Counted from the stretch's first letter, positions 38,934 through 47,626 are shown. The stretch is 64,000 nt of DNA from Minisyncoccota bacterium (GCA_036517395.1 DATDWN010000013.1:2191-66190), one strand, 5' to 3'. Notes: generated from the letters alone by a model not told the origin. Numbers and translations: made by a program.

Positions 38934-39049
38934 GTTCTCGTAACTCGGACGGCAACGTGCCGATCGTGTACTGGAACCCGAACACGGCCAAGGTCAAGGT
39001 GAACTGGTACAGCGTCGACAACTCGAATCCGACGAACGGTCTCCGTCAG
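38934..39049 (+). ncRNA. DGR template repeat (TR)
   Basis: Rich in AAC codons. Its 29 adenines all fall at codon positions 1-2 of the target frame. Confidence 0.95.
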
Positions 39050-39072
39050 AAGTTTTAGCAAAGAATCTCGAT

Positions 39073-39467
39073 CTAGGTCGGGATTTTTTGTTGTTCCATA
39101 TATTTTATCCATTGATTTGTCATCTTCGATGTTTCTATGACAAGCCCTTCTATTCTTATGTACGCTTTCTCCTCGATGATTTTCAGTTCATGTTCCATGC
39201 GGACAAAATTCTTTAGGATTTCCAAAAGTATTCGAGCCTTTTCTAAAGTTTCCAGCTTATTATTTTTGTGAGAGTAGTAAGCTTTTATAAGCAAGTACAT
39301 TATTTCTTGGGCCGTCCCTTCGATGTATGCATGAATTCCAAGTTTGTCAGATTTCGGCAATTTCTTTCCTGTCTGGTATATGACAATGTATACTTGTTTA
39401 ATACTATGAATAATAGAAATATCGCTGTTGTTGCGGGGGGGGGAGCACTATTGGAAATTTGTTTCAT
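39073..39467 (-). CDS. avd: DGR accessory protein Avd (four-helix bundle), frameshifted at the G9 tract as assembled
   Basis: Core LPKSDKLGI...KLETLEKARILLEILKNFVR...SKMTNQW. The frame stays open up to the poly-G, and ATG 39467 joins it if the tract has 10 G. Confidence 0.82.
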
Positions 39468-40457
39468 AATATTGTCAGTCTATCAAATTTGCTCCACGCA
39501 TGGGAAGAGTTCAAAAGAGGAAAGTCAAAGAAAAAAGATGTCGCTCTCTTTGAGCTTAATCTCGAGGATAATATTTTTGAGTTACACAGAAGCCTAGTCT
39601 CTAAAGCATATCAGCACACGGAGTATGAGGCTTTTTATATTAGTGATCCAAAACTAAGGAATATACACAAGGCATCTGTGCGTGATCGTGTTGTTCATCA
39701 AGCTGTATATAGAATTTTGTGCCAGATTTTTGATAAACATTTTATATATGATTCTTACTCATCGCGAAAATCGCGGGGAACACATTTGGGTGTAAGGCGT
39801 TCTTATAAGGCTTGTCGTAAAGTAAGTAAAAATTGGAGAAGAAAAATCTACATACTGAAATGCGATGTCAGAAAATTCTTTGATTCAATGGATCACTCTA
39901 TTCTGCGTGTTCTTATTGAGAAAAAAGTATTATGTTTGGAGACAATGAGGCTGGTCGATTTGGTTTTGGAGAGTTTCAAGAAAGAAACGGGAAAGGGTCT
40001 GCCACTAGGCAATGTTACAAGCCAACTTTTTGCCAATATTTACCTCGATCAATTTGACCAGTTTGTGAAGCATGGCCTTAAAATGAGGTATTATTTCAGA
40101 TATTGCGACGATTTTATTATTATTTCTGAAAATAAACAGTTTTTATCTGAACTTGTGGATAAGATTAAAATATTTCTGGATCAAAATCTGCTACTCAAAC
40201 TTCATCCTGATAAAGTTGAGATCAGAAGCATGAGGCAGGGAATAGATTTTCTCGGTTATGTGTGTCTGCCGAACATGATTGTATTGAGGACCAAGACAAA
40301 AAAAAGAATTATAAAAAAGATAAAGATAATGTTTGGAAAATTAAAAGCGGGAGAGATTTCACTTACCACATTCAAAAACACTCTAATGTCTTATCTAGGC
40401 GTCGTATCTCACTGTTGTAGTAGGGAAATAGAATTTTACATAAAACGCTTTTTATAA
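39406..40457 (+). CDS. DGR reverse transcriptase; ATG 39406 is out of frame at the G9 tract (TTG 39459 is in frame)
   Basis: Motifs RDRVVHQA, KCDVRKFFDS, GLPLGNVTSQLFANIYL, RYCDD and GIDFLGY. Confidence 0.95.
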
Positions 40458-40542
40458 AAAGTTATCCACACTTTTTATAAAAATCCAACTTGATTTTATT
40501 TTTTTGTACTATAATTAACGCAGGTCGGAAACAAAAAAATAA

Positions 40543-40678
40543 ATCCGCACACCAACTTTGATCTCGTTGCATTTGTCTCAAAGTTTAGTTGTACATCTTG
40601 AATTTAGATATAACTTCTAAATTTTGTTTGACTGTTTATGTGGCAACAGGGAGACAAGACCAAAGTTGGTGTTCGGAT
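40543..40678. mobile_element. MITE-like inverted-repeat element, copy 5 (136 bp)
   Basis: ATCCGCACACCAACTTTG / CAAAGTTGGTGTTCGGAT, with TAAA duplication. Confidence 0.75.
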
Positions 40679-40744
40679 AAAGTATACTTTATTAAAAAAT
40701 AATTTAGTTGAATACTTGTCACAGAGTAGTCAACAATAAATATC

Positions 40745-40786
40745 ATGGCAGCAAAAAAGAAGAAGAAAGCAAAGAAGCGAGCATAG
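40745..40786 (+). CDS. Possible 13 aa basic peptide MAAKKKKKAKKRA
   Basis: ATG...TAG with an A-rich leader like other genes here, lying between two IR elements. Confidence 0.35.
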   Translation: MAAKKKKKAKKRA

Positions 40787-40885
40787 TCCCGTAGTAGAGC
40801 GAAGCTCACTACAGGATTGCATCTCTGCTTTTCTAAAAAATCAATTTGATTTTTCAAAAATCCGCACGTGCGGATTTTTGTTTTT

Positions 40886-41020
40886 ATCCGCACACTAATT
40901 TTGGCATCGTCTCCCTGTTGCTATATAGAGGGGCTGCAAAAGTATCAGATTGTATCTAAATGTGGCTGTATATCTAGAATTTGAGACTAGATGCAACTAT
41001 GCCAAATTTAGTGTGCGGAT
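40886..41020. mobile_element. MITE-like inverted-repeat element, copy 6 (135 bp), opposite orientation to copy 5
   Basis: ATCCGCACACTAATTTTGGCAT / ATGCCAAATTTAGTGTGCGGAT. The interior is homologous to the reverse complement of copy 5 (GCAACAGGGAGAC, GTCTCAAA). Confidence 0.75.
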
Positions 41021-41060
41021 GAATGTTAAAATCAGCATTTTATGCTAAAATGAGTCACAT

Positions 41061-43592
41061 ATGGCAATTTTAGATAAGCTATTCGGCTCAGAATCCTCAA
41101 GGACTTTGAAGGAAATACAGCCCCTAGTTGATAAAATTAACGCTCTGGAGAGCGGTATTTCCGTGCTGTCTGATGCAGAACTGAAAGCTAAAACCCCTGA
41201 ATTCAAAAAACGTCTCGTACAAGGTGAGACCTTGGATGATTTATTGCCTGAGGCCTTTGCTGTAGTGCGCGAGGCCAGTAAGAGATGTCACGACGAGAGA
41301 CATTTCGATGTTCAACTTATGGGTGGCATCGTTTTACATCATGGAAGTATTGCCGAAATGCGAACAGGAGAAGGAAAAACTCTTATTGCTACTTTGCCGG
41401 CCTATCTTAACTCTCTTGCTGGACTCGGTATTCATGTGGTTACAGTAAACGATTATCTTTCACGTCGTGACGCGGTTTGGATGGGAGAGATTTATGATTT
41501 TCTTGGAGTTTCTGTTGGAGTAATAAACAACGCCGAATCTTTTATATATGACCCAACACATAAAGAGCTAGATGAAAAAAGAGACGAAGTAGCTTCTTTC
41601 AAAGTTGTGACAGAGTTTCTTCGTCCGTGCACAAGACGCGAGGCTTATCACGCCGATATAACATATGGAACGAACAATGAATACGGTTTTGATTATTTGA
41701 GGGATAACATCGAGTATGAAGAAAAAAATCTGCGTCAGAGAGAACCAAATTACGCTATTGTTGACGAGGTCGACTCTATTCTTATTGACGAGGCTCGTAC
41801 ACCTCTCATTATTTCTACGCCGACAATTGATTCTGACGAGATGTACAAAAAATTTGCCGATATATCGTCAAAACTGGAGACGGGTGAACATTATGCTGTT
41901 GATGAAAAGTTCAAAACAATATCGCTCACTGATTCTGGCATCACCAAAGCCGAGGAACTTCTCGGTGTTGAAAATATATACACCGAAAAAGGTATAAAAT
42001 ACGTGCATCATCTGGAAACAGCCGTTCGTGCGACGGCCCTTTTTCACAAAGACAAAGACTATGTGGTCAAGGATGGTGAGGTGGTGATAGTTGATGAGTT
42101 CACCGGCCGCTTGCAACCAGGAAGACGATGGTCAGAGGGCTTGCATCAGGCCATAGAAGCCAAAGAACACGTGGTAATCCAGAAGGAATCCAGAACTTTT
42201 GCTTCTATAACATTTCAGAACTATTTTCGGCTTTACAAAAAGCTTTCGGGCATGACTGGAACTGCGGTTACTTCATCGGAAGAGTTTTATAAAGTTTACG
42301 GTCTTCATGTTATTTCCATACCGACAAACAAACCAAATGCAAGGACTGATCGCAATGATCTTATTTTTCAAACAGAGTCGGGTAAGTTCAAGGCTATAAG
42401 CAAAGAAGTTAAAGAAAGACATGAAAAAGGCCAACCAGTTCTCATCGGTACGGTATCGATTGAGAAAAACGAGATGCTTTCAGAATATTTAAAAGCTGAG
42501 GGCATACCTCATGAAATTTTGAACGCTAAAAACCATGGAAGAGAGGCGGAAATTCTAGCTCAAGCGGGAAAACCAAAGTCTGTAACAGTTGCTACAAACA
42601 TGGCTGGTCGAGGAATTGATATAAAACTGGGAGGAAATCCCGGGTCGCTCGAGGCATATGAGGAGGTCAAATCAAAAGGCGGGCTTTTTGTTCTAGGTAC
42701 CGAGCGTCATGATGCGAGGCGTATAGACAATCAGCTCCGAGGTCGCTCCGGTAGACAGGGCGATTCCGGCGAGACGCAGTTTTTCGTTTCTCTGGATGAC
42801 CATTTGATGCGAGTTTTTGGCGGGGACTCCATAAAAAACATGATGGGTAAGCTCGGCATTGGGGAAGATGAGGCCATTGAAAACAAAATGATTACGCGGT
42901 CGCTCGAAAGCGCACAAGAGAAAATCGAAGGTTTCAACTTTGACGCACGAAAACATGTTTTGGAGTTTGACGATGTCCTGAATTTTCAGAGAAAGATTTT
43001 TTACGGCAGAAGAAGAGAAATTCTTCTGGGTAATGTCGAGATTGTTAAAAACTACATCAGAGAATTGTTGGTGGATGTAGATGAAAAAGAAAGGGAAGCA
43101 ATAGAAAAAAAACTCGAAAACAAAGACCCGCAGTATAGCGAGGCTTTGCGTCGAGTCATTCTACAAGTGATGGATATGTTTTGGGTTGAGCATTTGGAAG
43201 TGATGGATTATATGCGCTCTTCTGTTAACCTTCGCGCCTACGGTCAGAGAGACCCGCTTGTTGAATACAAACGCGAAGGACTGTCGCTTTTCAAAAATAT
43301 GGAAATTTCCATCGGCCAAGAAATTTTGAAACTTATTCCCCAAATAGTGCCTGAGATTAAGTTATCCAATGAACAGGTTAAGTTTGTGGAAGGAATGGAA
43401 GGAGCAAGTGCCCCAATTTCTCTTTCCACACCAAAAACTCCAGATGGACACCCCAGTACCAGAGCAAAGCTCGGTACGGGGCAAGGAAAAATTGGTCGTA
43501 ACGATCCCTGCTTCTGTGGAAGCGGTAAAAAGTTCAAAAAATGTGGGGAATTGAAAACCGAGGAACATCAGAAGATGATGAAAAATAAGTAG
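41061..43592 (+). CDS. secA: Preprotein translocase ATPase SecA
   Basis: Motifs MRTGEGKT, DEVDSILIDEARTPL and QLRGRSGRQGD, plus the SEC-C motif GRNDPCFCGSGKKFKKC. Confidence 0.98.
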   Translation: MAILDKLFGSESSRTLKEIQPLVDKINALESGISVLSDAELKAKTPEFKKRLVQGETLDDLLPEAFAVVREASKRCHDERHFDVQLMGGIVLHHGSIAEMRTGEGKTLIATLPAYLNSLAGLGIHVVTVNDYLSRRDAVWMGEIYDFLGVSVGVINNAESFIYDPTHKELDEKRDEVASFKVVTEFLRPCTRREAYHADITYGTNNEYGFDYLRDNIEYEEKNLRQREPNYAIVDEVDSILIDEARTPLIISTPTIDSDEMYKKFADISSKLETGEHYAVDEKFKTISLTDSGITKAEELLGVENIYTEKGIKYVHHLETAVRATALFHKDKDYVVKDGEVVIVDEFTGRLQPGRRWSEGLHQAIEAKEHVVIQKESRTFASITFQNYFRLYKKLSGMTGTAVTSSEEFYKVYGLHVISIPTNKPNARTDRNDLIFQTESGKFKAISKEVKERHEKGQPVLIGTVSIEKNEMLSEYLKAEGIPHEILNAKNHGREAEILAQAGKPKSVTVATNMAGRGIDIKLGGNPGSLEAYEEVKSKGGLFVLGTERHDARRIDNQLRGRSGRQGDSGETQFFVSLDDHLMRVFGGDSIKNMMGKLGIGEDEAIENKMITRSLESAQEKIEGFNFDARKHVLEFDDVLNFQRKIFYGRRREILLGNVEIVKNYIRELLVDVDEKEREAIEKKLENKDPQYSEALRRVILQVMDMFWVEHLEVMDYMRSSVNLRAYGQRDPLVEYKREGLSLFKNMEISIGQEILKLIPQIVPEIKLSNEQVKFVEGMEGASAPISLSTPKTPDGHPSTRAKLGTGQGKIGRNDPCFCGSGKKFKKCGELKTEEHQKMMKNK

Positions 43593-43687
43593 ATTTAAGT
43601 GACAGAATAAAATTTATTGACACAGAACTTAAAATATCATAGAGTTAGGAAGGACATCAAACCCATAAATAAAGACTGGAGGCAGGG

Positions 43688-44257
43688 ATGGGACAGATAA
43701 TGTTCACCCTGCCGGCCGGCAGGGAGTTTGAGAGAACGTTTTTCGGTCTTCCCGTGAGCTGGGTTCCTTCCTACTGGGCTCCACGACTTGGGTTTGATGC
43801 TGCTATCCAGCAGGTCATCCAAGACAACTGGGCTCAGTTCGCTGAGGCTCAAAGGTTGGGGGCCTCGTACGTGCACAACCCGATTGAGCCCGAGATGGGC
43901 AGGACGCCGGATGTCTGGAGCATGGTAAAGGGGTATCTTCCAGAAGAGGTTGATGGCCGAAACCCGCCACTTGGCCTTTACGTGGCACTTGGTAGTTCCC
44001 TCGACCTGCACTATGGGGTCGATGCTTTCTTCTGGTGGGATGGTTGCTGTGCAACAGTTGACCTCTCTCTTCAGGAGAAGACCAAGGGGGCTCAGAATCC
44101 CAAGATGGTCCTTCATGCAGATATGCTGATTGGGCTGTCGATTTTACGCCGTGGTGGTCTAAACTGGTTCGGACGACGCATGGCCAGACTATTGATACAC
44201 CGACGGGAAGTGCTCGTCGGGACAGGAAGTAGGATTGGCAAAGTTCGTTGGGTGTGA
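43688..44257 (+). CDS. GC-rich hypothetical protein
   Basis: Own promoter TTGACA(43617)-17-TAGAGT and GGAGG 5 nt before the ATG; the ORF spans the GC-rich patch. Confidence 0.65.
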   Translation: MGQIMFTLPAGREFERTFFGLPVSWVPSYWAPRLGFDAAIQQVIQDNWAQFAEAQRLGASYVHNPIEPEMGRTPDVWSMVKGYLPEEVDGRNPPLGLYVALGSSLDLHYGVDAFFWWDGCCATVDLSLQEKTKGAQNPKMVLHADMLIGLSILRRGGLNWFGRRMARLLIHRREVLVGTGSRIGKVRWV

Positions 44258-44336
44258 TCCGGGCAGACTTAAACCGTCTGGCCCGGATTTCCGTATTAGC
44301 TGGAACTCGTCTTTATTTTGTGGTATTCTTTTTCAT

Positions 44337-44732
44337 ATGAAAAAATACATTTATATTTTAATAAGTCTACTTGTTCTTGCTGGAGTCGTTTGGCTTATTA
44401 TGACGCCGGGGAAGCCAAGTAAACTGGATGATTTTGCAAAATGTTTGAAAGATAAAGGAGCAATATTTTACGGAGCGTTTTGGTGTCCGCATTGCCAAGC
44501 TCAAAAAGCTCGTTTCGGAAAGTCGGCACAGTACTTGCCATATGTTGAGTGTTCAACTCCTGATTCCCAAGGACAGTTGCAGGTTTGTAAAGACGCCGGG
44601 ATTACAACATATCCAACATGGCAGTTTGGAACGACAACGGATTCGACGGGCTCACCGCAGATCGATCGTCTAACTGGTGAGGTGGAGCTTTCGGAACTTG
44701 CAGAGAAAACCAGTTGCGTTTTGCCTAAATAG
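44337..44732 (+). CDS. Membrane-anchored thioredoxin-fold protein (VKOR-associated type)
   Basis: Motifs YGAFWCPHC, YVEC and YPTW, with an N-terminal TM. Confidence 0.85.
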   Translation: MKKYIYILISLLVLAGVVWLIMTPGKPSKLDDFAKCLKDKGAIFYGAFWCPHCQAQKARFGKSAQYLPYVECSTPDSQGQLQVCKDAGITTYPTWQFGTTTDSTGSPQIDRLTGEVELSELAEKTSCVLPK

Positions 44733-44776
44733 TTTAATAAGTTCGACAAGATAAATAAGTTAAATAAGGAAATTCA

Positions 44777-45343
44777 ATGATTCAATTTGTTCAAACAAAT
44801 GCCACGCCGATTATCGGGACTTTGACACTTTTGTCGAATATTATATTTGTTGTGGTTCTTCTCGCCATAGTAGTTCACTCCGGCTCTCGGGCAAAGTTTT
44901 ATGCTTTTGTTCACAAATATATTCTTGAGTTGCTTTTCTGGGGTGTGATGTCGGCTGTGGTTGGCAGTTTGGTTTACTCGGATATTGTCGGCTTTCCTCC
45001 TTGTGATTTGTGTTGGTGGCAGAGGATTTTTATGTATCCACAAGTCATAATCCTTCTCGTGGCCATGATTAGGCGCGACAAAAGCGTTATTGATTATCTT
45101 GTTCCTCTCTCGGTTCTTGGCGCTCTAGTCGCTCTTTTTCAGTCATTTGTTCAATGGGGATTTTCTTTTGGTCTTGCCGGTGGTTGCGCGGCTGCCGGAG
45201 GAGAATGCGCCAAAGTATTCTTTACCCAGTATTCCTATATCACCATACCCTTCATGTCATTCACGGTTTTCTTATATATAATCGCTTTGAAATTTGTTTA
45301 CTACCACAAAGAAAGACATATAAAAAGAGGGAATAATGGATAA
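44777..45343 (+). CDS. dsbB: Disulfide bond formation protein B family
   Basis: Motif PCDLCWWQRIFMYP, a second Cys pair and TM helices. Confidence 0.88.
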   Translation: MIQFVQTNATPIIGTLTLLSNIIFVVVLLAIVVHSGSRAKFYAFVHKYILELLFWGVMSAVVGSLVYSDIVGFPPCDLCWWQRIFMYPQVIILLVAMIRRDKSVIDYLVPLSVLGALVALFQSFVQWGFSFGLAGGCAAAGGECAKVFFTQYSYITIPFMSFTVFLYIIALKFVYYHKERHIKRGNNG

Positions 45344-46232
45344 TGATAATAAGACCAGGATAGTTACACATAGCTCTGGATTTCACACAGATGATGTTTT
45401 TGCCGTAGCCACATTACTTCTGGTAGTAGGAGAAGAAAAAGAAGTCGAGATTATTCGCTCCCGTGAAAAAGAGGTTCATAAAACTGCTGATTATGTAGTT
45501 GATACTGGAAATGAATATGATCCAGATAGAAACCGTTTTGATCATCATCAAGAAGGAGGGGCAGGCAAGAGAGAAAATGGTGTGCCTTATGCTTCCTTTG
45601 GTCTTGTCTGGAAGAAATTTGGCCAGGAATTGACTGGGAGTAAAAAGGGGTTGGAAATGATTGATCAAATGATAGTACAGCCGATAGATGCAGGTGATAA
45701 TGGACTGAGATTCCTCCAGACCACAATTCCAAATCTCTATCCTTTTGACATAGGAAGACTTGTATTTCTTTTTGCTCCAACATGGAAAGAGGAAACTAGC
45801 ATCGACGAGGTGTTTATTAAACTTGTCTCATATGCCAAAGTAATCATTTCACGCCTTATTGTTTCAGTGAAAGATGACATAGAAGCTGAAAAACTTGTGT
45901 TGGATTGTTATAATACCGCTCCGGACAAGAGACTTATTTTATTAAATGAGAGATATCCTTGGGAGGAAGTTTTATCACAGTTTCCTCTACCGCTTTTTGT
46001 TGTTTATAAAAATCAGCAGGGTCAGTGGTCAATAAAGACAATACGTGATGATATGTTTTCATATGAACCAAGAAAAAAACTACCCGAAAGCTGGGCCGGT
46101 AAAAGAATGGAAGAATTAGAAAAAGTCACAGGGGTTAAAGATGCGGTGTTTTGCCACAATGCCCGCTTTATGGCGGTGGCTAAAACAAAAGAGGCAGTAT
46201 TGAAACTAGCTGAAATAGCCCTCAACTCCTAA
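45336..46232 (+). CDS. MYG1 family (DHH) nuclease/hydrolase
   Basis: Motifs THSSGFHTDD, FDHHQ, GLVWKKFG and AVFCH. Confidence 0.92.
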   Translation: MDNDNKTRIVTHSSGFHTDDVFAVATLLLVVGEEKEVEIIRSREKEVHKTADYVVDTGNEYDPDRNRFDHHQEGGAGKRENGVPYASFGLVWKKFGQELTGSKKGLEMIDQMIVQPIDAGDNGLRFLQTTIPNLYPFDIGRLVFLFAPTWKEETSIDEVFIKLVSYAKVIISRLIVSVKDDIEAEKLVLDCYNTAPDKRLILLNERYPWEEVLSQFPLPLFVVYKNQQGQWSIKTIRDDMFSYEPRKKLPESWAGKRMEELEKVTGVKDAVFCHNARFMAVAKTKEAVLKLAEIALNS

Positions 46233-46277
46233 CTTTTCCACACAGCGTGAGATCTGTTGACACTAAGTGTCAGCAGA

Positions 46278-46388
46278 TTAGGAGAATAAGCCGGGGAGGT
46301 AGAGAACCACCATACTTATTATCATAAGTACACAGATGATGGTCCATACCACTTGGAGTTTCTTTTTGTTCTTTTTCTGGAATAACAT
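46278..46388 (-). CDS. 36 aa single-pass membrane microprotein (not in the ORF track)
   Basis: MLFQKKNKKKLQVVWTIICVLMIISMVVLYLPGLFS*: a basic N-terminus followed by one TM helix. Confidence 0.65.
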   Translation of the reverse strand: MLFQKKNKKKLQVVWTIICVLMIISMVVLYLPGLFS

Positions 46389-46482
46389 GATAAGATAGTA
46401 GAAAGTGTGAAAGAAGAAAGTAAAAAGTGAAAACATTTGAATAAACTTTCACACTTTATACTTTTAACTTTCAAACTTAATC

Positions 46483-46860
46483 ATGATTGATTTTCAGCAA
46501 AAACGCAAGATTCGTTCTGTGGCTTACCATCGCGTCACTTTAGGAATACTTTTTATTTTGGTTTTGATTTTTGCTCACTCGGTTTGGAAAGTTTATCAGA
46601 AAAAACGCGAGAGCGAAAATATGAAAAACATATCTCTGAAAGCGACGGAGGAACTGAGGCGACGAGATCAGGACCTCAAGTTAAAGATTGATAGATTGGG
46701 GACTGAAGCTGGGGTTGAGGAGGAGATTAGGTCCAAGTTTAACGTAGTAAAGAGTGACGAAAACATGGTTGTTGTGGTTGAAGATCAAAGTCAAACAGAG
46801 GCGACTTCTAGTTCACAAGCCACTTTTTGGCAGAAAATCTGGGATTTTCTTGTGAGGTGA
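46483..46860 (+). CDS. Septum formation initiator (FtsB/DivIC-like)
   Basis: TM helix, coiled coil and the motif GVEEEIRSKFNVVKSDE. Confidence 0.75.
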   Translation: MIDFQQKRKIRSVAYHRVTLGILFILVLIFAHSVWKVYQKKRESENMKNISLKATEELRRRDQDLKLKIDRLGTEAGVEEEIRSKFNVVKSDENMVVVVEDQSQTEATSSSQATFWQKIWDFLVR

Positions 46861-46905
46861 AGTCTGGTATACTTGTTTGAAATATAAATAAAAAATAACA
46901 ACAAT

Positions 46906-47145
46906 ATGAACAAAAAAGTAACAATATATTCAACGCCAACATGTCATTTTTGCAACATGGCAAAAGATTATTTCAAGGAAAACAATGTAGAGTACACGGC
47001 TTTTGACGTCTCGGTCGATCAGGATAAGAGGAAGGAAATGATGGAAAAATCAGGCCAGCTTGGCGTGCCTGTCATTATCATAGGCGACAAAATTATCATA
47101 GGTTTCAATAAACCAAAAATTGCAGAGCTTTTGGATATAAAGTAG
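46906..47145 (+). CDS. Glutaredoxin / NrdH-like redoxin
   Basis: Motifs YSTPTCHFC and GQLGVPVI. Confidence 0.93.
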   Translation: MNKKVTIYSTPTCHFCNMAKDYFKENNVEYTAFDVSVDQDKRKEMMEKSGQLGVPVIIIGDKIIIGFNKPKIAELLDIK

Positions 47146-47233
47146 AAATATTTGAACGCTAGTACAAGGTGAGACCTTGTACTGTTAAGGATGTTTCTCG
47201 GAGATATAATTCAGAAAGTTCCGAAAATAAGTT

Positions 47234-47305
47234 GCCGTCGTAGCTCAACGGATAGAGCAAATTCGTCCTAAGAATGAGATAGAGGTTCAATTCCTCTCGA
47301 TGGCA
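47234..47305 (+). tRNA. tRNA-Arg(CCU)
   Basis: Acceptor GCCGTCG/CGATGGC, loop GT-CCT-AA and T arm AGAGG-TTCAATT-CCTCT. Confidence 0.85.
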
Positions 47306-47340
47306 CACAATTTTGATTTTTTGAGCAAATTTGCTACTAT

Positions 47341-47622
47341 ATGCCTATGTCACCAGAGGAAAGAGAACTTTTACAGAAAAGCGTTGCCTTAGCCGAGGAA
47401 AACAATAATATTCTTCGTTCGATAAAGCGGGGGATGCGATGGGCAAGGATTATGAGTTACATATACTGGTTCTTTATTATCGGGTCGGCAGTTGGGGCTT
47501 ACTATATAATCCAGCCATACCTAGAGCAGCTTATGTATGCATACAGCGGAGCAAAAAGTTCCATCGGTGACGGAAGCGGTTTCCAAGCCGTACTTAATAG
47601 TTTGAAACAGGTTAGTAAATAA
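47341..47622 (+). CDS. Small membrane hypothetical protein
   Basis: ENNNILRSI...TM...YYIIQPYL; fills the gap between two tRNAs. Confidence 0.75.
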   Translation: MPMSPEERELLQKSVALAEENNNILRSIKRGMRWARIMSYIYWFFIIGSAVGAYYIIQPYLEQLMYAYSGAKSSIGDGSGFQAVLNSLKQVSK

Positions 47623-47626
47623 ACAT

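Noticed and set aside
38756-39597. ORFs 38756-39112 (-) and 39268-39597 (+)
   Set aside because: The first is antisense to the TR. The second is the off-frame continuation of the RT ATG across the G9 tract.
39459-40457. RT as a group II intron or retron enzyme
   Set aside because: It is short, has no obvious maturase or endonuclease extension, and the adjacent TR/VR pair and Avd identify it as a DGR RT.
2117-41020. ATCCGCACAC repeats as a CRISPR array or integron attC sites
   Set aside because: They are dispersed inverted pairs, not tandem direct repeats with spacers. There is no cas or integrase gene and no RYYYAAC/GTTRRRY ends.
43688-44257. Possible second DGR target among the other GC-rich ORFs
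   Set aside because: No similarity to the TR was visible in this or any other ORF in the window.
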